From an uncultured Candidatus Saccharibacteria bacterium (GTDB taxonomy: Bacteria; Patescibacteriota; Saccharimonadia; Saccharimonadales; Saccharimonadaceae): a DNA stretch of 64,000 bases. The DNA lies in NCBI GenBank assembly GCA_964402815.1, contig CAYODP010000001.1:415-64414 (forward strand), in the 5' to 3' direction. The notes beneath the pieces are model-generated. The model saw only the letters and a program-made list of their open reading frames with translations. It searched no databases and was not told the origin of the DNA. Of this stretch, positions 1-9,571 are shown one piece after another. A program made the position numbers and the translations under genes. Positions within the stretch are counted from its first letter, which is position 1, and the number at the start of each line of letters is the position of its first letter.

Positions 1-2
1 GG

Positions 3-1031
3 GGTTATACTTGGACTGATACAAATACAGCAGATACTAATCGGCCTAACTTAACTTATAAAGCTTTAACAAGTAGCGATACTCAGCTAGAGAAACAAAC
101 TTATACAGAAAACCAAGATGTTACATTAACTAAGAAACTTATCTTTGCCGGAAAGTTTGGTGATGTAGAGCCAGGGACATATACTGGAGCCGTAAAACTC
201 TCGGCCATAGCGACGGCGATAGTGACAACAGCGCAATGGTCAAATGGGGTGGATTCCGGAGTGAGTGATATGCAAGATGTAAATAGTAGTTGGGCGAATA
301 GCTATTGTGGTAATGCTTCTGGTTCGGGTGCAAATGCAGTAAGTTCAAAAGGTATTAAAGTTGGTAATACACTAATACTTAAAGATAATCGTACAACTGG
401 TTATGGCGCCGGGACGATGACGGGCTCAAATGGCACAGCTCACAACCTAAATGAATACGTAATAGTGAAATTAGAAGACGGGCATTGTTGGATGCAAGAA
501 AACTTGAGATTAAAAGCGCCGGAAGGAGGAATGGATTTAACTAGTGCAGATTCTGATGTAAGTAGTTGGCATATGCCAGAAACACTTAATGGAGATAGCG
601 CAACTAATCAAGTGACAGGGTGGATGAACGACTATAATAAACCATACTCAGCTTACTTTGGTAATACTACTAATGGGGTGTATTACAACTGGACAGCAGC
701 TATTGCCATGGCCGATTCTAGCAGCAAAACTTCTGGAGATGTAGATACTAGCCTTTGTCCAAAAGGTTGGAAATTACCAACCAGTACTGAATATGACAAC
801 ATGCCCGCGTCTAGTACGAAGTTGATAGAATCATCGCCATACTATTTTGTGGCGGCTGGACTAGTCGTAGATGATGAGCTGTCCTATGAAGGCGGGCGTG
901 GCGCTTATTGGTCGCGTACAGTTTACAGCGATGAAGCTGCGGATTACATATCTTTCTTTAGTAGTCGCGTCGACGTGTCCGATTACACTCGTGGCAGTGG
1001 TTTCTCGGTGCGGTGCGTGGCAAGTGTCTAA
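3..1031 (+). CDS. 5'-truncated surface protein: end of WxL/pilin-like module plus C-terminal FISUMP (Fib_succ_major-like) domain
   Basis: The frame of ORF 222..1031 is open back to position 3 (GYTWTDTNT...KKLIFAGKFGDVEPGTYTGAVKLSA). It has the FISUMP motifs DGHCWMQENLR, YYNWTAA, LCPKGWKLPT, GAYWSRT and FSVRCV, and is clearly paralogous to 14783..17404. Confidence 0.85.
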   Translation, partial: GYTWTDTNTADTNRPNLTYKALTSSDTQLEKQTYTENQDVTLTKKLIFAGKFGDVEPGTYTGAVKLSAIATAIVTTAQWSNGVDSGVSDMQDVNSSWANSYCGNASGSGANAVSSKGIKVGNTLILKDNRTTGYGAGTMTGSNGTAHNLNEYVIVKLEDGHCWMQENLRLKAPEGGMDLTSADSDVSSWHMPETLNGDSATNQVTGWMNDYNKPYSAYFGNTTNGVYYNWTAAIAMADSSSKTSGDVDTSLCPKGWKLPTSTEYDNMPASSTKLIESSPYYFVAAGLVVDDELSYEGGRGAYWSRTVYSDEAADYISFFSSRVDVSDYTRGSGFSVRCVASV

Positions 1032-1076
1032 ACCGAATAAGTTGTTGCGTGAAACACTATATATAATATATACATA

Positions 1077-1634
1077 TTATGGCAGAAGATTTGGCAAAGA
1101 ATCCATAACTTTGAAAAACTGTGGGTAGATTTGCGTGTGTGGCACGATTAAGTCGGAATGACGGTCTTGCACCATGTGACGCAGTTCTTCGAGTGGAACA
1201 TATTTTAAATCGGAAATTTCAGATTTTTGAAAAGTAAAATCTTTTAATTGGCGGTCAGCCAAAATAATAAAAACTTCATTAAACGAATTGTTAATAAAAT
1301 CGGGTGCGGTGCGGACACTTGATTGGTCGGTGCCGACGTAGATTAATATGTCGCGCGGTTGCAAATGAAAATCTAACTCTTCCTCAAGCTCGCGAAAAAC
1401 TGTAGACATCACATCGTCACCGGCCATAACGTGACCGCCACAAGAAAAATCCCAGAAATTTGGCCAACTGTCTTTGGTGGCACAACGCTTTTGCAAAAGA
1501 ACTTCTCGCTGCTTATTGACTAAGAAAACTTCGATGGCGCGATGCCAGTCGCCATCGCGGTGGACTTCGCGACGTAATTTAGTGCGGCCAGTTTTATGTC
1601 CATGCCCGTCGAGTACATCAAAATATTCATCCAT
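1077..1634 (-). CDS. NUDIX hydrolase (IDI-like subfamily)
   Basis: Nudix box GGHVMAGDDVMSTVFRELEEEL; N-terminal DVLD...R..VH..G.WHR pattern. Confidence 0.88.
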   Translation of the reverse strand: MDEYFDVLDGHGHKTGRTKLRREVHRDGDWHRAIEVFLVNKQREVLLQKRCATKDSWPNFWDFSCGGHVMAGDDVMSTVFRELEEELDFHLQPRDILIYVGTDQSSVRTAPDFINNSFNEVFIILADRQLKDFTFQKSEISDLKYVPLEELRHMVQDRHSDLIVPHTQIYPQFFKVMDSLPNLLP

Positions 1635-1672
1635 TTTATAATTATAGCATGGTATTGTTTAGTTGGCAAAAG

Positions 1673-3127
1673 CTAATAGGAGTCTTCGGGCGCGATAGAT
1701 TGATACCAGAGCATGAGCTCGTCGGCAAGATATTGACATTCGTTGATATCTTTGCCGTTAATAGGAATATTTTTGGCGAGTTGCATAGCAATGCGCTGCA
1801 ATTCGCTGAGAAAACGGGGCGATTGTTTGGCAAGGCGAGCGGAGCGGTAGGCTTCCCACTGAGTCATCTCCTCGGCGTCAAGACTAGTGGGGTAACTACG
1901 GGCTTTGTAATGTAATAATAATTCCGGTAATCGCTCATCGGCAAAATGCGGATGAAAATCAGCTAGGTCATTCTCGTCATTATTACGCACGGCGGCGCAG
2001 AGAATACGGTCTTGACGGTCGAGAAAACCATCGTAGAGCGCGGAGTCGGCTTCGGTAGAAGGCGGAAAACTGCGTTGGTCGGCAGCGAGGGCAGTTTTTA
2101 CTAACTCTGGATGCTGATGCAAACTATGCAGATTTTGTTCGATAATTTCGCGACTGAGACCTATTTTTTCCCAGCCATCTTCTTTTTCTAGGACACCGAG
2201 TGGAGCTACGGCTGGACAGCGATTGTACTGCAACTTTTTGATAATCGGAAAATAATGACGCTCCCACGGTTCGCGCTCACGCCAAGGCTTAGATTCGTCA
2301 TAAGTACCAGCAGCGCGCGCGGCAGCCTCGCCAGCTAAAAGCTCGTCAGCATTGTAGCGTAAATCAAAAACATAGACAGCGCCATTCTCGGCCGGTGCGA
2401 CCGGGTAAGCCACGGTCGTCTTCTCGTGCTGGCCAGAATAGCGGCCAGAAGCGTAAACGAACGGTTGGGGATGTTCGAGGTTGATAAGATTCGCAATCTC
2501 GCGTTTGTCGCGCAAGCGGTAGAGAAAATCGAACAGCTGCGGTTGGTGAGTTTTGATAAGCTTAGTGGCTTCAATGAGAGCAACTACATCCGCTAAGGCA
2601 TCGTGAGCGTGGGCGTGTTCGATGCCGTTAAGCTTAGTAATCAGCTCAAGGCGATTAGTAGAATGTCCGTCTTCGGTAACTGGCCACTTAATTCCCTCGG
2701 GGCGTAGCGCGCGGGTCATCCGCACGACGTCGAGCAAATCCCAGCGCGTGCGGCCATCCTGCCACTGCCACTCGTAAGGGTCATAAAAATTGCGCCAAAG
2801 GGTATAGCGCATAAACTCATCATCAAACCGGACGGAATTATAACCTAGAATTGTGGTGTGGGGCGTGGCAATTTCTTCAGTAAAATAACGGCAAAATTCA
2901 TGCTCGGGCATACCGTCCTGCAGAGTGGATTGGGGCGTAATGCCAGTCACCATAATGGCACCAGGGTTCGGCAAAGTATCATCAGCAAGTTTGACGAGAA
3001 TATTCTGTGGCTCGCCAATCGGATTGAAGTCTAAATCAGTGCGCTGACCAGCAAACTGCATAATCCGGTCATTACGCGGGTCGAGGCCAGAAGTCTCAAG
3101 GTCGTAAAAGTAAAAACTAGCACTCAT
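1673..3127 (-). CDS. sbcB: Exodeoxyribonuclease I
   Basis: FYFYDLETSG, DRIMQFAG, GYNSVRFDDEF and HAHDALADV DEDDh motifs; NRCPAVAP; 484 aa. Confidence 0.95.
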   Translation of the reverse strand: MSASFYFYDLETSGLDPRNDRIMQFAGQRTDLDFNPIGEPQNILVKLADDTLPNPGAIMVTGITPQSTLQDGMPEHEFCRYFTEEIATPHTTILGYNSVRFDDEFMRYTLWRNFYDPYEWQWQDGRTRWDLLDVVRMTRALRPEGIKWPVTEDGHSTNRLELITKLNGIEHAHAHDALADVVALIEATKLIKTHQPQLFDFLYRLRDKREIANLINLEHPQPFVYASGRYSGQHEKTTVAYPVAPAENGAVYVFDLRYNADELLAGEAAARAAGTYDESKPWREREPWERHYFPIIKKLQYNRCPAVAPLGVLEKEDGWEKIGLSREIIEQNLHSLHQHPELVKTALAADQRSFPPSTEADSALYDGFLDRQDRILCAAVRNNDENDLADFHPHFADERLPELLLHYKARSYPTSLDAEEMTQWEAYRSARLAKQSPRFLSELQRIAMQLAKNIPINGKDINECQYLADELMLWYQSIAPEDSY

Positions 3128-3165
3128 TAGTTAATTATAACAGGTGCTCATTCTCTAGACAAGAG

Positions 3166-3190
3166 AAAGCCCGCCAGAGGCGAGCTTTTT
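3166..3190. terminator. Intrinsic terminator-like hairpin
   Basis: AAAGCCCGCC-AGA-GGCGAGCTTTTT just beyond the stop of 3222..3884. Confidence 0.55.
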
Positions 3191-3221
3191 CTAAAGAACA
3201 TGATACAGTAGTGACCGAGAA

Positions 3222-3884
3222 TTAATGAAGGTTTTTGCGAGCCTGCTCGGCAGCATCCAAGCGTTCGAGAGATTCACGGAAAATCCTTTTAATCTCCTGC
3301 ACATCGTTTGAACCTTCACCGGTATAAGCGCCAGTGATGAACGCCTGAAGTTCGGCCGCATTGCGGGCGCGCTCTTCGGCACTCAGCTCGGTAGCAGCAA
3401 CCGGTTTCTCGTACTGAACGGGCATGGGGTCGTAAGGCTTGGTATTGGCATATGCGGCAGCCGCCTCGAACTCGCGGTCAGCTGCGCGCACATAAATCAG
3501 GTTACCAATACAGTAAGCCACATAGACCAGCACGAAATAGACTCCCGTTACCAGCAAATTGATGAGAAAGGCCGCAAAAATGTCGCCGTCACCCGTGAAG
3601 GTAGTAATGAACTTGGATGACAGGGCAAATACCTCCTCGTGCAATTCGATGGTGAACAGCAGGCAAGAAGCCGCGCCAAAAACCAGGGTTACACTCTCGG
3701 CGAAATGACTGGGACTGTCGAAAAAGCTCTTGATTCGGTTCAAGCAGCGCTGGCCAAAAGTGGCCTTGGCGTGCCGCTTGTCGAAAATGCCTTTCTCGAA
3801 CAGTGGCCAATAGGCGTACCCCAACGCGCCAGAGACGATGAGCAACATCGGTGCAACCACGTACCAAAACTTAAAACTACTCAT
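3222..3884 (-). CDS. Hypothetical membrane protein
   Basis: 220 aa with about 3 hydrophobic segments; AGGAGG RBS upstream; promoter-like TTGAC...TACAAT at about 3950-3978. Confidence 0.75.
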   Translation of the reverse strand: MSSFKFWYVVAPMLLIVSGALGYAYWPLFEKGIFDKRHAKATFGQRCLNRIKSFFDSPSHFAESVTLVFGAASCLLFTIELHEEVFALSSKFITTFTGDGDIFAAFLINLLVTGVYFVLVYVAYCIGNLIYVRAADREFEAAAAYANTKPYDPMPVQYEKPVAATELSAEERARNAAELQAFITGAYTGEGSNDVQEIKRIFRESLERLDAAEQARKNLH

Positions 3885-4043
3885 TTCTATACCCCTCCTG
3901 AGGAAATGATTTTACTTGGGCTAATGCTTATTTTAACCCATACCTTCATTGTAGCACAGATTGGTAAAAAAGTCAAGCATATTCTTTATAAATAGGCTAT
4001 TTTTCTGGTGTTTTCTCTATAAAATCCTGAAAAATCAGGCATT

Positions 4044-4886
4044 TTATAACATTTTCTGGCAATATTCGGCAATCTCGATGGCGGCGGCGGCGCCATCGGC
4101 GGCGGCAGTAATGACTTGCTTGACGGCACCATGGCGGACATCGCCAGCGGCAAAGAGGCCAGGAGTGACAGTCTGATGAGGTAAATTACTGCTAGTATCA
4201 GTAACAATATGACCTTGGGGGTCTAATAATTTCGGGTCGACAAAGGAAGTAGCAGGAATCTTGCCAATATAGACGAAGATGTGGTCGTATTCGGCGAGAT
4301 TATCTGGGGTGGGCTCGGTATGCTCAAGAGTTTTAACGTTCGGCAGCCGACGAAGACGTTTTAGAAGCTCTTGGTCGGCCTTGAAAGTGGAGTGAGTCAT
4401 CAAGGTAACATCCTTAGCAATGGCAGCGAGATGGAGCGACTCCTGGACGGCAGAATTAGCGCCGCCGATGACGGCGATATGCTTACCCTCGACGAGCGGG
4501 CCGTCGCATAAGGCGCAATACGAAACGGGAGCAGACGGAGTGAAATCAAGGCGCCGAGCCACTGTGCCGCTAGCCACGAGCACGCAGCGAGCTTCGATAT
4601 TTTCGCCATCGATAGTAAGCAAGAAACCGTTATCATCGCGGGCTAAGCTAGTACACTCGCCGTACTCGAGAATAGCACCGGCAGATGCGGCCTGCTGGCG
4701 CATCTGCTGAGCTAGGGCACTGCCTTCACCAGAAAAGCCAGGGTAGTTCTCGAGGTGAGAGATTTTAGGAAGGACGCCGCCAAATTCTTGTTGTTCAAAG
4801 ACGGTGACGGAAAGCCCAGCGCGGGCAGCATAGAGAGCGGCAGAAAGAGCGGCAGGGCCACCACCGATGATAACAAGGTCTAACAT
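4044..4886 (-). CDS. trxB: Thioredoxin reductase (short form)
   Basis: IIGGGPAALSAALY FAD motif, redox CALCDG, VIGGANSA NADPH motif, GLFAAGDVR. Confidence 0.9.
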   Translation of the reverse strand: MLDLVIIGGGPAALSAALYAARAGLSVTVFEQQEFGGVLPKISHLENYPGFSGEGSALAQQMRQQAASAGAILEYGECTSLARDDNGFLLTIDGENIEARCVLVASGTVARRLDFTPSAPVSYCALCDGPLVEGKHIAVIGGANSAVQESLHLAAIAKDVTLMTHSTFKADQELLKRLRRLPNVKTLEHTEPTPDNLAEYDHIFVYIGKIPATSFVDPKLLDPQGHIVTDTSSNLPHQTVTPGLFAAGDVRHGAVKQVITAAADGAAAAIEIAEYCQKML

Positions 4887-5614
4887 TAGCTACTAGCTCC
4901 GTTGCGTAGCAAGGCGGCATAAAGCTGAGCGTAGATGTCGTCAAGCTCTTTGTTGAGCTGCTGGAGCGTGGCGTCGTTCTCGAGCGCCATAATGACGAAC
5001 TTGAGCGGGGCGTTGGTAGTGCCACAAATATCGCTGCGGGATTCACCATAGGCGAGCTCGCCTGGGATGGTGAGCTGACGCACACCGCCGAGCTTCATAC
5101 CGACAACGCCTTGGTTCCAGCCTTCTATTAAGCTAGAAGTGACGGCGAGTGGAGCGTTGAGACCGGTAGGAGTGGCTTTATCGGTATCTTCTTTGGCATA
5201 ACTAAAGGAAGAATCGAAGATGCTGCCATCGGCGCACCAACCAATATAGTAGGCGGAATAATCGGTATCGCCTTCGCCAAGCTGGCGGCCAGTGCCGACT
5301 TTGAGATCTTCGCTTTTGAGTTTTTCACTGTTGGCGCGGGCGGCGTTGTAGCTTTTGACCTGAGAATCTTTGTAGCCGGACATTTCTTTGAAGTATTTGT
5401 CGGACAATGGCTTAGCGGCGGCTTGTAATTCCTCGTTCTTAGCGTCATATTGAGAGCGAAGGTCGGCAATGAGAGCTTCACTGTTAGCTTTTGAGCTATT
5501 GCTACTCATGACGATGAACAGATAAGTAAAGATGGTCGAACCAAGCAAGAGAATTGCGACAATGATAATGACAATTCGTTGCCAAGGGCTAGTTTTTAGT
5601 TGTTTCTCGTCCAT
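4886..5614 (-). CDS. FKBP-type peptidyl-prolyl isomerase with N-terminal membrane anchor
   Basis: DGSIFDSS, LIEGWNQGVVGMKLGGVRQLTIPGELAYG; N-terminal TM helix. Confidence 0.88.
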   Translation of the reverse strand: MDEKQLKTSPWQRIVIIIVAILLLGSTIFTYLFIVMSSNSSKANSEALIADLRSQYDAKNEELQAAAKPLSDKYFKEMSGYKDSQVKSYNAARANSEKLKSEDLKVGTGRQLGEGDTDYSAYYIGWCADGSIFDSSFSYAKEDTDKATPTGLNAPLAVTSSLIEGWNQGVVGMKLGGVRQLTIPGELAYGESRSDICGTTNAPLKFVIMALENDATLQQLNKELDDIYAQLYAALLRNGASS

Positions 5615-5634
5615 AATAAATCTCCTTAACTATG

Positions 5635-8148
5635 TTATACCACCATTGCACCGATTTTGGCTGCCTCCGCTGTAATTTTCTCCATTATAGCAGAAATCTG
5701 CGCAGAATCCAAGGTGCGTTCCGGGCTAGAAAATTTGAGACGGAAAGAGAGATTTTTGGTCTGGTCGTCGGCTTGATAGATGGAGAGCGGAGTAAGCTGA
5801 TAAATTAAATCGGCTTGGCTAAGGGTAGTATCGATGGCATTATCAATGCGGCCAAAGGGAAAATCATGAGCGACTTTGAGCGTAATGTCGCGCTCGACGA
5901 ATGGAAACCTAGAAACATGCACATCGACCGAGATGGTCGGCTCAAGGTCTACGATTTGGTCTAAGTTAAACTCGGCCGCAGCAATAGTCGATTCGAGCTT
6001 AAATTTGCGACGCGTAGTAGCTTTCAGTTCACCAAAAGCACCAATAGATTGATTATTTACAAGAACTTCGGCGGAACGGACAGGCTCGAGATAGGGGTAA
6101 AGTTTGGCAGCCTCAGAGCCTGGAGCCAGCTGACGATATTCGATGTCGATTTTCAGACCGTTCTCGAAGAGGGCGAAGACTTTGCTCTTGAGGTCGTAAT
6201 AATCGCCCAAGCAAACGATACCAAGATGCGTGCTGAGAGCCGGCGTGCCTTCAGAGGTAAGCCCAGCTTGGCGGCTGGTGACTTGGTTCATTTCGTAGAG
6301 TGTGAAGTTTTTGTGGCCAGATTTAACGTTTTCACGAATCTTGTCGAGGAGACTCGGGACGATTTGCTGGCGGAAACATTGCAGCTCCGGAGAAATAGAA
6401 TTGACGATTTCGTAACTATTGGCAGGGTCTTGGCCGGAGCGCTCAAGGAGACTCTTACTGACGAAAGAATAAGTCAGAACCTCGTGCATAGCAAGGCGAT
6501 TAGAGAGAATGTTGCGTAGATTATGTTTCAGCCGCAACAAAGGCGCGATTTCGGTGCCCTGGAAGGCGCCCTGCGGCAGGCTAAGCGCAATATTGTCATA
6601 ACCGAGCAAGCGACCGACTTCTTCAATAATATCTTCCTTAAGATGAATATCAGTGCGCCAAACTGGTGCTGTGACGCTCAGAGAAGCGTTCTGAGGGGTG
6701 TTAGCGCTAGAGCTTGCTATGACCGCACTTTGTTTAGAAACGGCCGCTACGGGCTTAGAAACGACCTTAAAACCGACATTTTCGAGGGTCTGAGCGATAA
6801 TTTCAGGGGAATAGGCGGTACCAAGCAGGGTATTTATCTCTAATGTTGTAATTTTTACAACATTTTCTGGCTGTTTCCCTGGCCATTCATCGGCTACGGC
6901 GAGGAGCTGGCGGTTAGGGCCAAGCTCCGCCACGGTTTCGGCGAGCACAGGGTAAGTCATAGCGGCGGGCTGGCCTTTGGTAAAGCGAGTAATGGCTTCG
7001 GAGAAAATACCGTGCGTCATCTGGGTCTTACGAAGGTTGTAGAGCGAGAAAGTAGCGCTTTCGAGGATGACGCGGGTAGTGCTGGCGTCAATTTCGGTGT
7101 TTTTGCCGCCCATGGCGCCGGCCAGAGCCACAGGAATATCATTGCTAGTAATAAGAATATCTGCGGGCTGGCAGGTGATAGTTTTGCCATCGAGAAGCTG
7201 AATTTGCTCACCTTCACGTGCGGCGCGCACGATAATCTTAGGCTGATTAGTGCCGCCAACCTGTACAAATTTATCGTAATCAAAAGCATGCAACGGTTGC
7301 CCAGTGCGCAACATAATCATATTAGTAAGGTCAACCATCGGGCTGATGGCGCGCATACCAGCTTTGGCAAGAAAAACGTCGCCATAATAAGTCAGATAAT
7401 GATTTTTACTGGCTTTCAATAAATCACACTCGACGACGGCGCAACTATAGCGAGGGCAAAGCTCAGCGTCGGCAATCTTAACACTGATAGGCAAATCATG
7501 GGCTTGCGCTAACTCTGGCCAAAACGGTTCCTCGAACGGAACACCGAGAATCCCGGCGACTTCGCGTGCAAAACCGATGAGACCGAAACAATCGGGGCGA
7601 TGGGTGAGAGATTTGTTCTCGACATCGAGAATAATGTCGTTGAGTTCAAAAACATCAGCAAAAGCAGCGCCAGGCTGAGCCATTTTGGGGTTAATCTCGG
7701 CAATGCCTTCGTGGTCGTCACCGAGGTCAAGCTCATCCACCGCCGCCAACATACCGTTGGACTCGTAGCCTTGAAGCTTGCGTACGCCGAGTTTGAAATT
7801 CTCATTACCATAAGTCTGCGGAACGATACTACCAGGGGTAATCCAGACCGCTAGCATGCCGGTATGGACATTGGGCGCGCCACAAACGACTTGCACGAGA
7901 CCATTCTCAAGCTGATGATAAGCGGAATTGTGCTCGCCGGCGTCAATCTGGCAAAGTGACAGGTGGGTATCGGGGATTTTTTCAGCAGAGACAACTTTAA
8001 CAATGTAGATTCCCTGGTACTTGGGAGAAAGGTCAATCGCCTCCTCAATCTCAACTAGGCGCGAGCCGATGAGCGTGATTAAATCTTGGTCAGAGACGTC
8101 ACTGGGGACGGAAACATATTTTTTGATTTCATTGAGTGAAATTAACAT
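5635..8148 (-). CDS. pheT: Phenylalanyl-tRNA synthetase beta subunit
   Basis: VVCGAPN, NKSLTHRPDCFGLIGFARE, GQPLHAFD, RTDIHLKEDIIEEVGRLLGY, C-terminal FDX-ACB (RDITL...RTL). Confidence 0.97.
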   Translation of the reverse strand: MLISLNEIKKYVSVPSDVSDQDLITLIGSRLVEIEEAIDLSPKYQGIYIVKVVSAEKIPDTHLSLCQIDAGEHNSAYHQLENGLVQVVCGAPNVHTGMLAVWITPGSIVPQTYGNENFKLGVRKLQGYESNGMLAAVDELDLGDDHEGIAEINPKMAQPGAAFADVFELNDIILDVENKSLTHRPDCFGLIGFAREVAGILGVPFEEPFWPELAQAHDLPISVKIADAELCPRYSCAVVECDLLKASKNHYLTYYGDVFLAKAGMRAISPMVDLTNMIMLRTGQPLHAFDYDKFVQVGGTNQPKIIVRAAREGEQIQLLDGKTITCQPADILITSNDIPVALAGAMGGKNTEIDASTTRVILESATFSLYNLRKTQMTHGIFSEAITRFTKGQPAAMTYPVLAETVAELGPNRQLLAVADEWPGKQPENVVKITTLEINTLLGTAYSPEIIAQTLENVGFKVVSKPVAAVSKQSAVIASSSANTPQNASLSVTAPVWRTDIHLKEDIIEEVGRLLGYDNIALSLPQGAFQGTEIAPLLRLKHNLRNILSNRLAMHEVLTYSFVSKSLLERSGQDPANSYEIVNSISPELQCFRQQIVPSLLDKIRENVKSGHKNFTLYEMNQVTSRQAGLTSEGTPALSTHLGIVCLGDYYDLKSKVFALFENGLKIDIEYRQLAPGSEAAKLYPYLEPVRSAEVLVNNQSIGAFGELKATTRRKFKLESTIAAAEFNLDQIVDLEPTISVDVHVSRFPFVERDITLKVAHDFPFGRIDNAIDTTLSQADLIYQLTPLSIYQADDQTKNLSFRLKFSSPERTLDSAQISAIMEKITAEAAKIGAMVV

Positions 8149-9095
8149 TAGAACTCCTCCAAAAAGTCAAGTTTGCCGGATTCAAAATAACGAATATCAT
8201 TGAGGTGATATTTGAGTAGAACAAGACGGTCAATTCCGCCGCCCCACGCAAAGCCATGATAGACCTCGGGGTCAATCCCAGCCATTTTGAGTACGTTGGA
8301 ATGAATCATGCCGCAGCCGAGCATCTCCAGCCAATCACCGCCTTTACCGCCCAGAGCGGCAGGCTTCTCAATCAGTAGCTCAGCCGAAGGTTCGGTGAAC
8401 GGAAAATAACCTGGCTGAGTTTTAATGCGGAGCGACTGGCCGTAGTAAAGTTCGAAAAAGCGCTTTAGTACGCCAAAAAGTTGCCCCATATTAGCATCGC
8501 GCGAGACAAAAACGCCTTCGCACTGATAAAAAGTGTGTTCGTGAGTGGCATCGGCGTCTTCGTTACGAAAAACGCGACCTGGGATGACGACGGCGATTTG
8601 ACCGCCTTGTTCGAGGTTCTTTTTGTATTTTAAAAGCGCGCGATGCTGCATGGTAGAAGTATGAGCCGGCGGAATAAAGCCTTCAGAGGTGCGAAAAGTG
8701 TCATAGCCGTCACGGGCGGGATGCCCCTTGGTAAAGTTAAGGCTATCAAACATATGAAATTCATCGTCAAGCTGACCAGATTCGATGACGTCAAAGCCGA
8801 GATTAGAATAAATTTCTATCACACGGTCGAGCTCGACCATGAGTGGATGTTTAGTACCGAGGTGAAGCTCAGGAATAGGTTGATTGGGCGCGCAAGGTGC
8901 AGAGATATCAATAGGTTCGACATGCTCACTCTCGCTCTGCTCCTCTAGCTCGGTAATTTTAGCCAGCAAAGCCTGTTTCTGGGCATTTATCTTGCGACCA
9001 AACTCGCCGCGCTGCTCGGGCGGGAGCTCCCGAATCTTGGCGTACTCGGCATTGATATTTTTTAATTCAGCTTTTAACTTCTCTAACTCTGACAT
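8148..9095 (-). CDS. pheS: Phenylalanyl-tRNA synthetase alpha subunit
   Basis: HPARDGYDTF, PGRVFRNE..DATHEHTFYQCEG, YFPFTEPS, GFAWGGGIDRL. Confidence 0.97.
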   Translation of the reverse strand: MSELEKLKAELKNINAEYAKIRELPPEQRGEFGRKINAQKQALLAKITELEEQSESEHVEPIDISAPCAPNQPIPELHLGTKHPLMVELDRVIEIYSNLGFDVIESGQLDDEFHMFDSLNFTKGHPARDGYDTFRTSEGFIPPAHTSTMQHRALLKYKKNLEQGGQIAVVIPGRVFRNEDADATHEHTFYQCEGVFVSRDANMGQLFGVLKRFFELYYGQSLRIKTQPGYFPFTEPSAELLIEKPAALGGKGGDWLEMLGCGMIHSNVLKMAGIDPEVYHGFAWGGGIDRLVLLKYHLNDIRYFESGKLDFLEEF

Positions 9096-9248
9096 GATAT
9101 ATATTATAGCACACTGCGGGCGAGAAGAGATGAGGTTTAGTAGTTTTATACGGAACTATACGCCTCAAAAGATTGGCGTTCAAGTAGAACTTGCACCTTA
9201 TATTTTCATTATAGCACAGGTGAGCTAAAAAGTCAATAGTAATTATGG

Positions 9249-9473
9249 TTACAAGAAGAAAATACAGATGAGCGCAAGAACGGCTAGAGCAATCAAAACA
9301 ATCCAGACCCAAGTAAATTTGCCGGTTTTCTTGGTATCTTTGACGTAGGCGGAATCATCAACGTAATCGGGGTCTTCACGGCTCGAGCTCTGCGCGCGAG
9401 CGCGTAAATCGGCCGAAATCCGGTCGTTTAGTTCGGAGTTTTTTTCTAAATCTTTTGATACCATAATACCCAT
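9249..9473 (-). CDS. Small C-terminally membrane-anchored protein
   Basis: 74 aa; hydrophilic N-terminus and C-terminal TM helix WVWIVLIALAVLALICIFFL. Confidence 0.7.
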   Translation of the reverse strand: MGIMVSKDLEKNSELNDRISADLRARAQSSSREDPDYVDDSAYVKDTKKTGKFTWVWIVLIALAVLALICIFFL

Positions 9474-9571
9474 AGCGCGATGTCCTTTGTCAGTTTAATT
9501 TATTTTTTCACCTTTCAATTGTAACACACGTGTGCTATAATCGAGAAAATAATAGTTTTTAAGGAGGTGAA

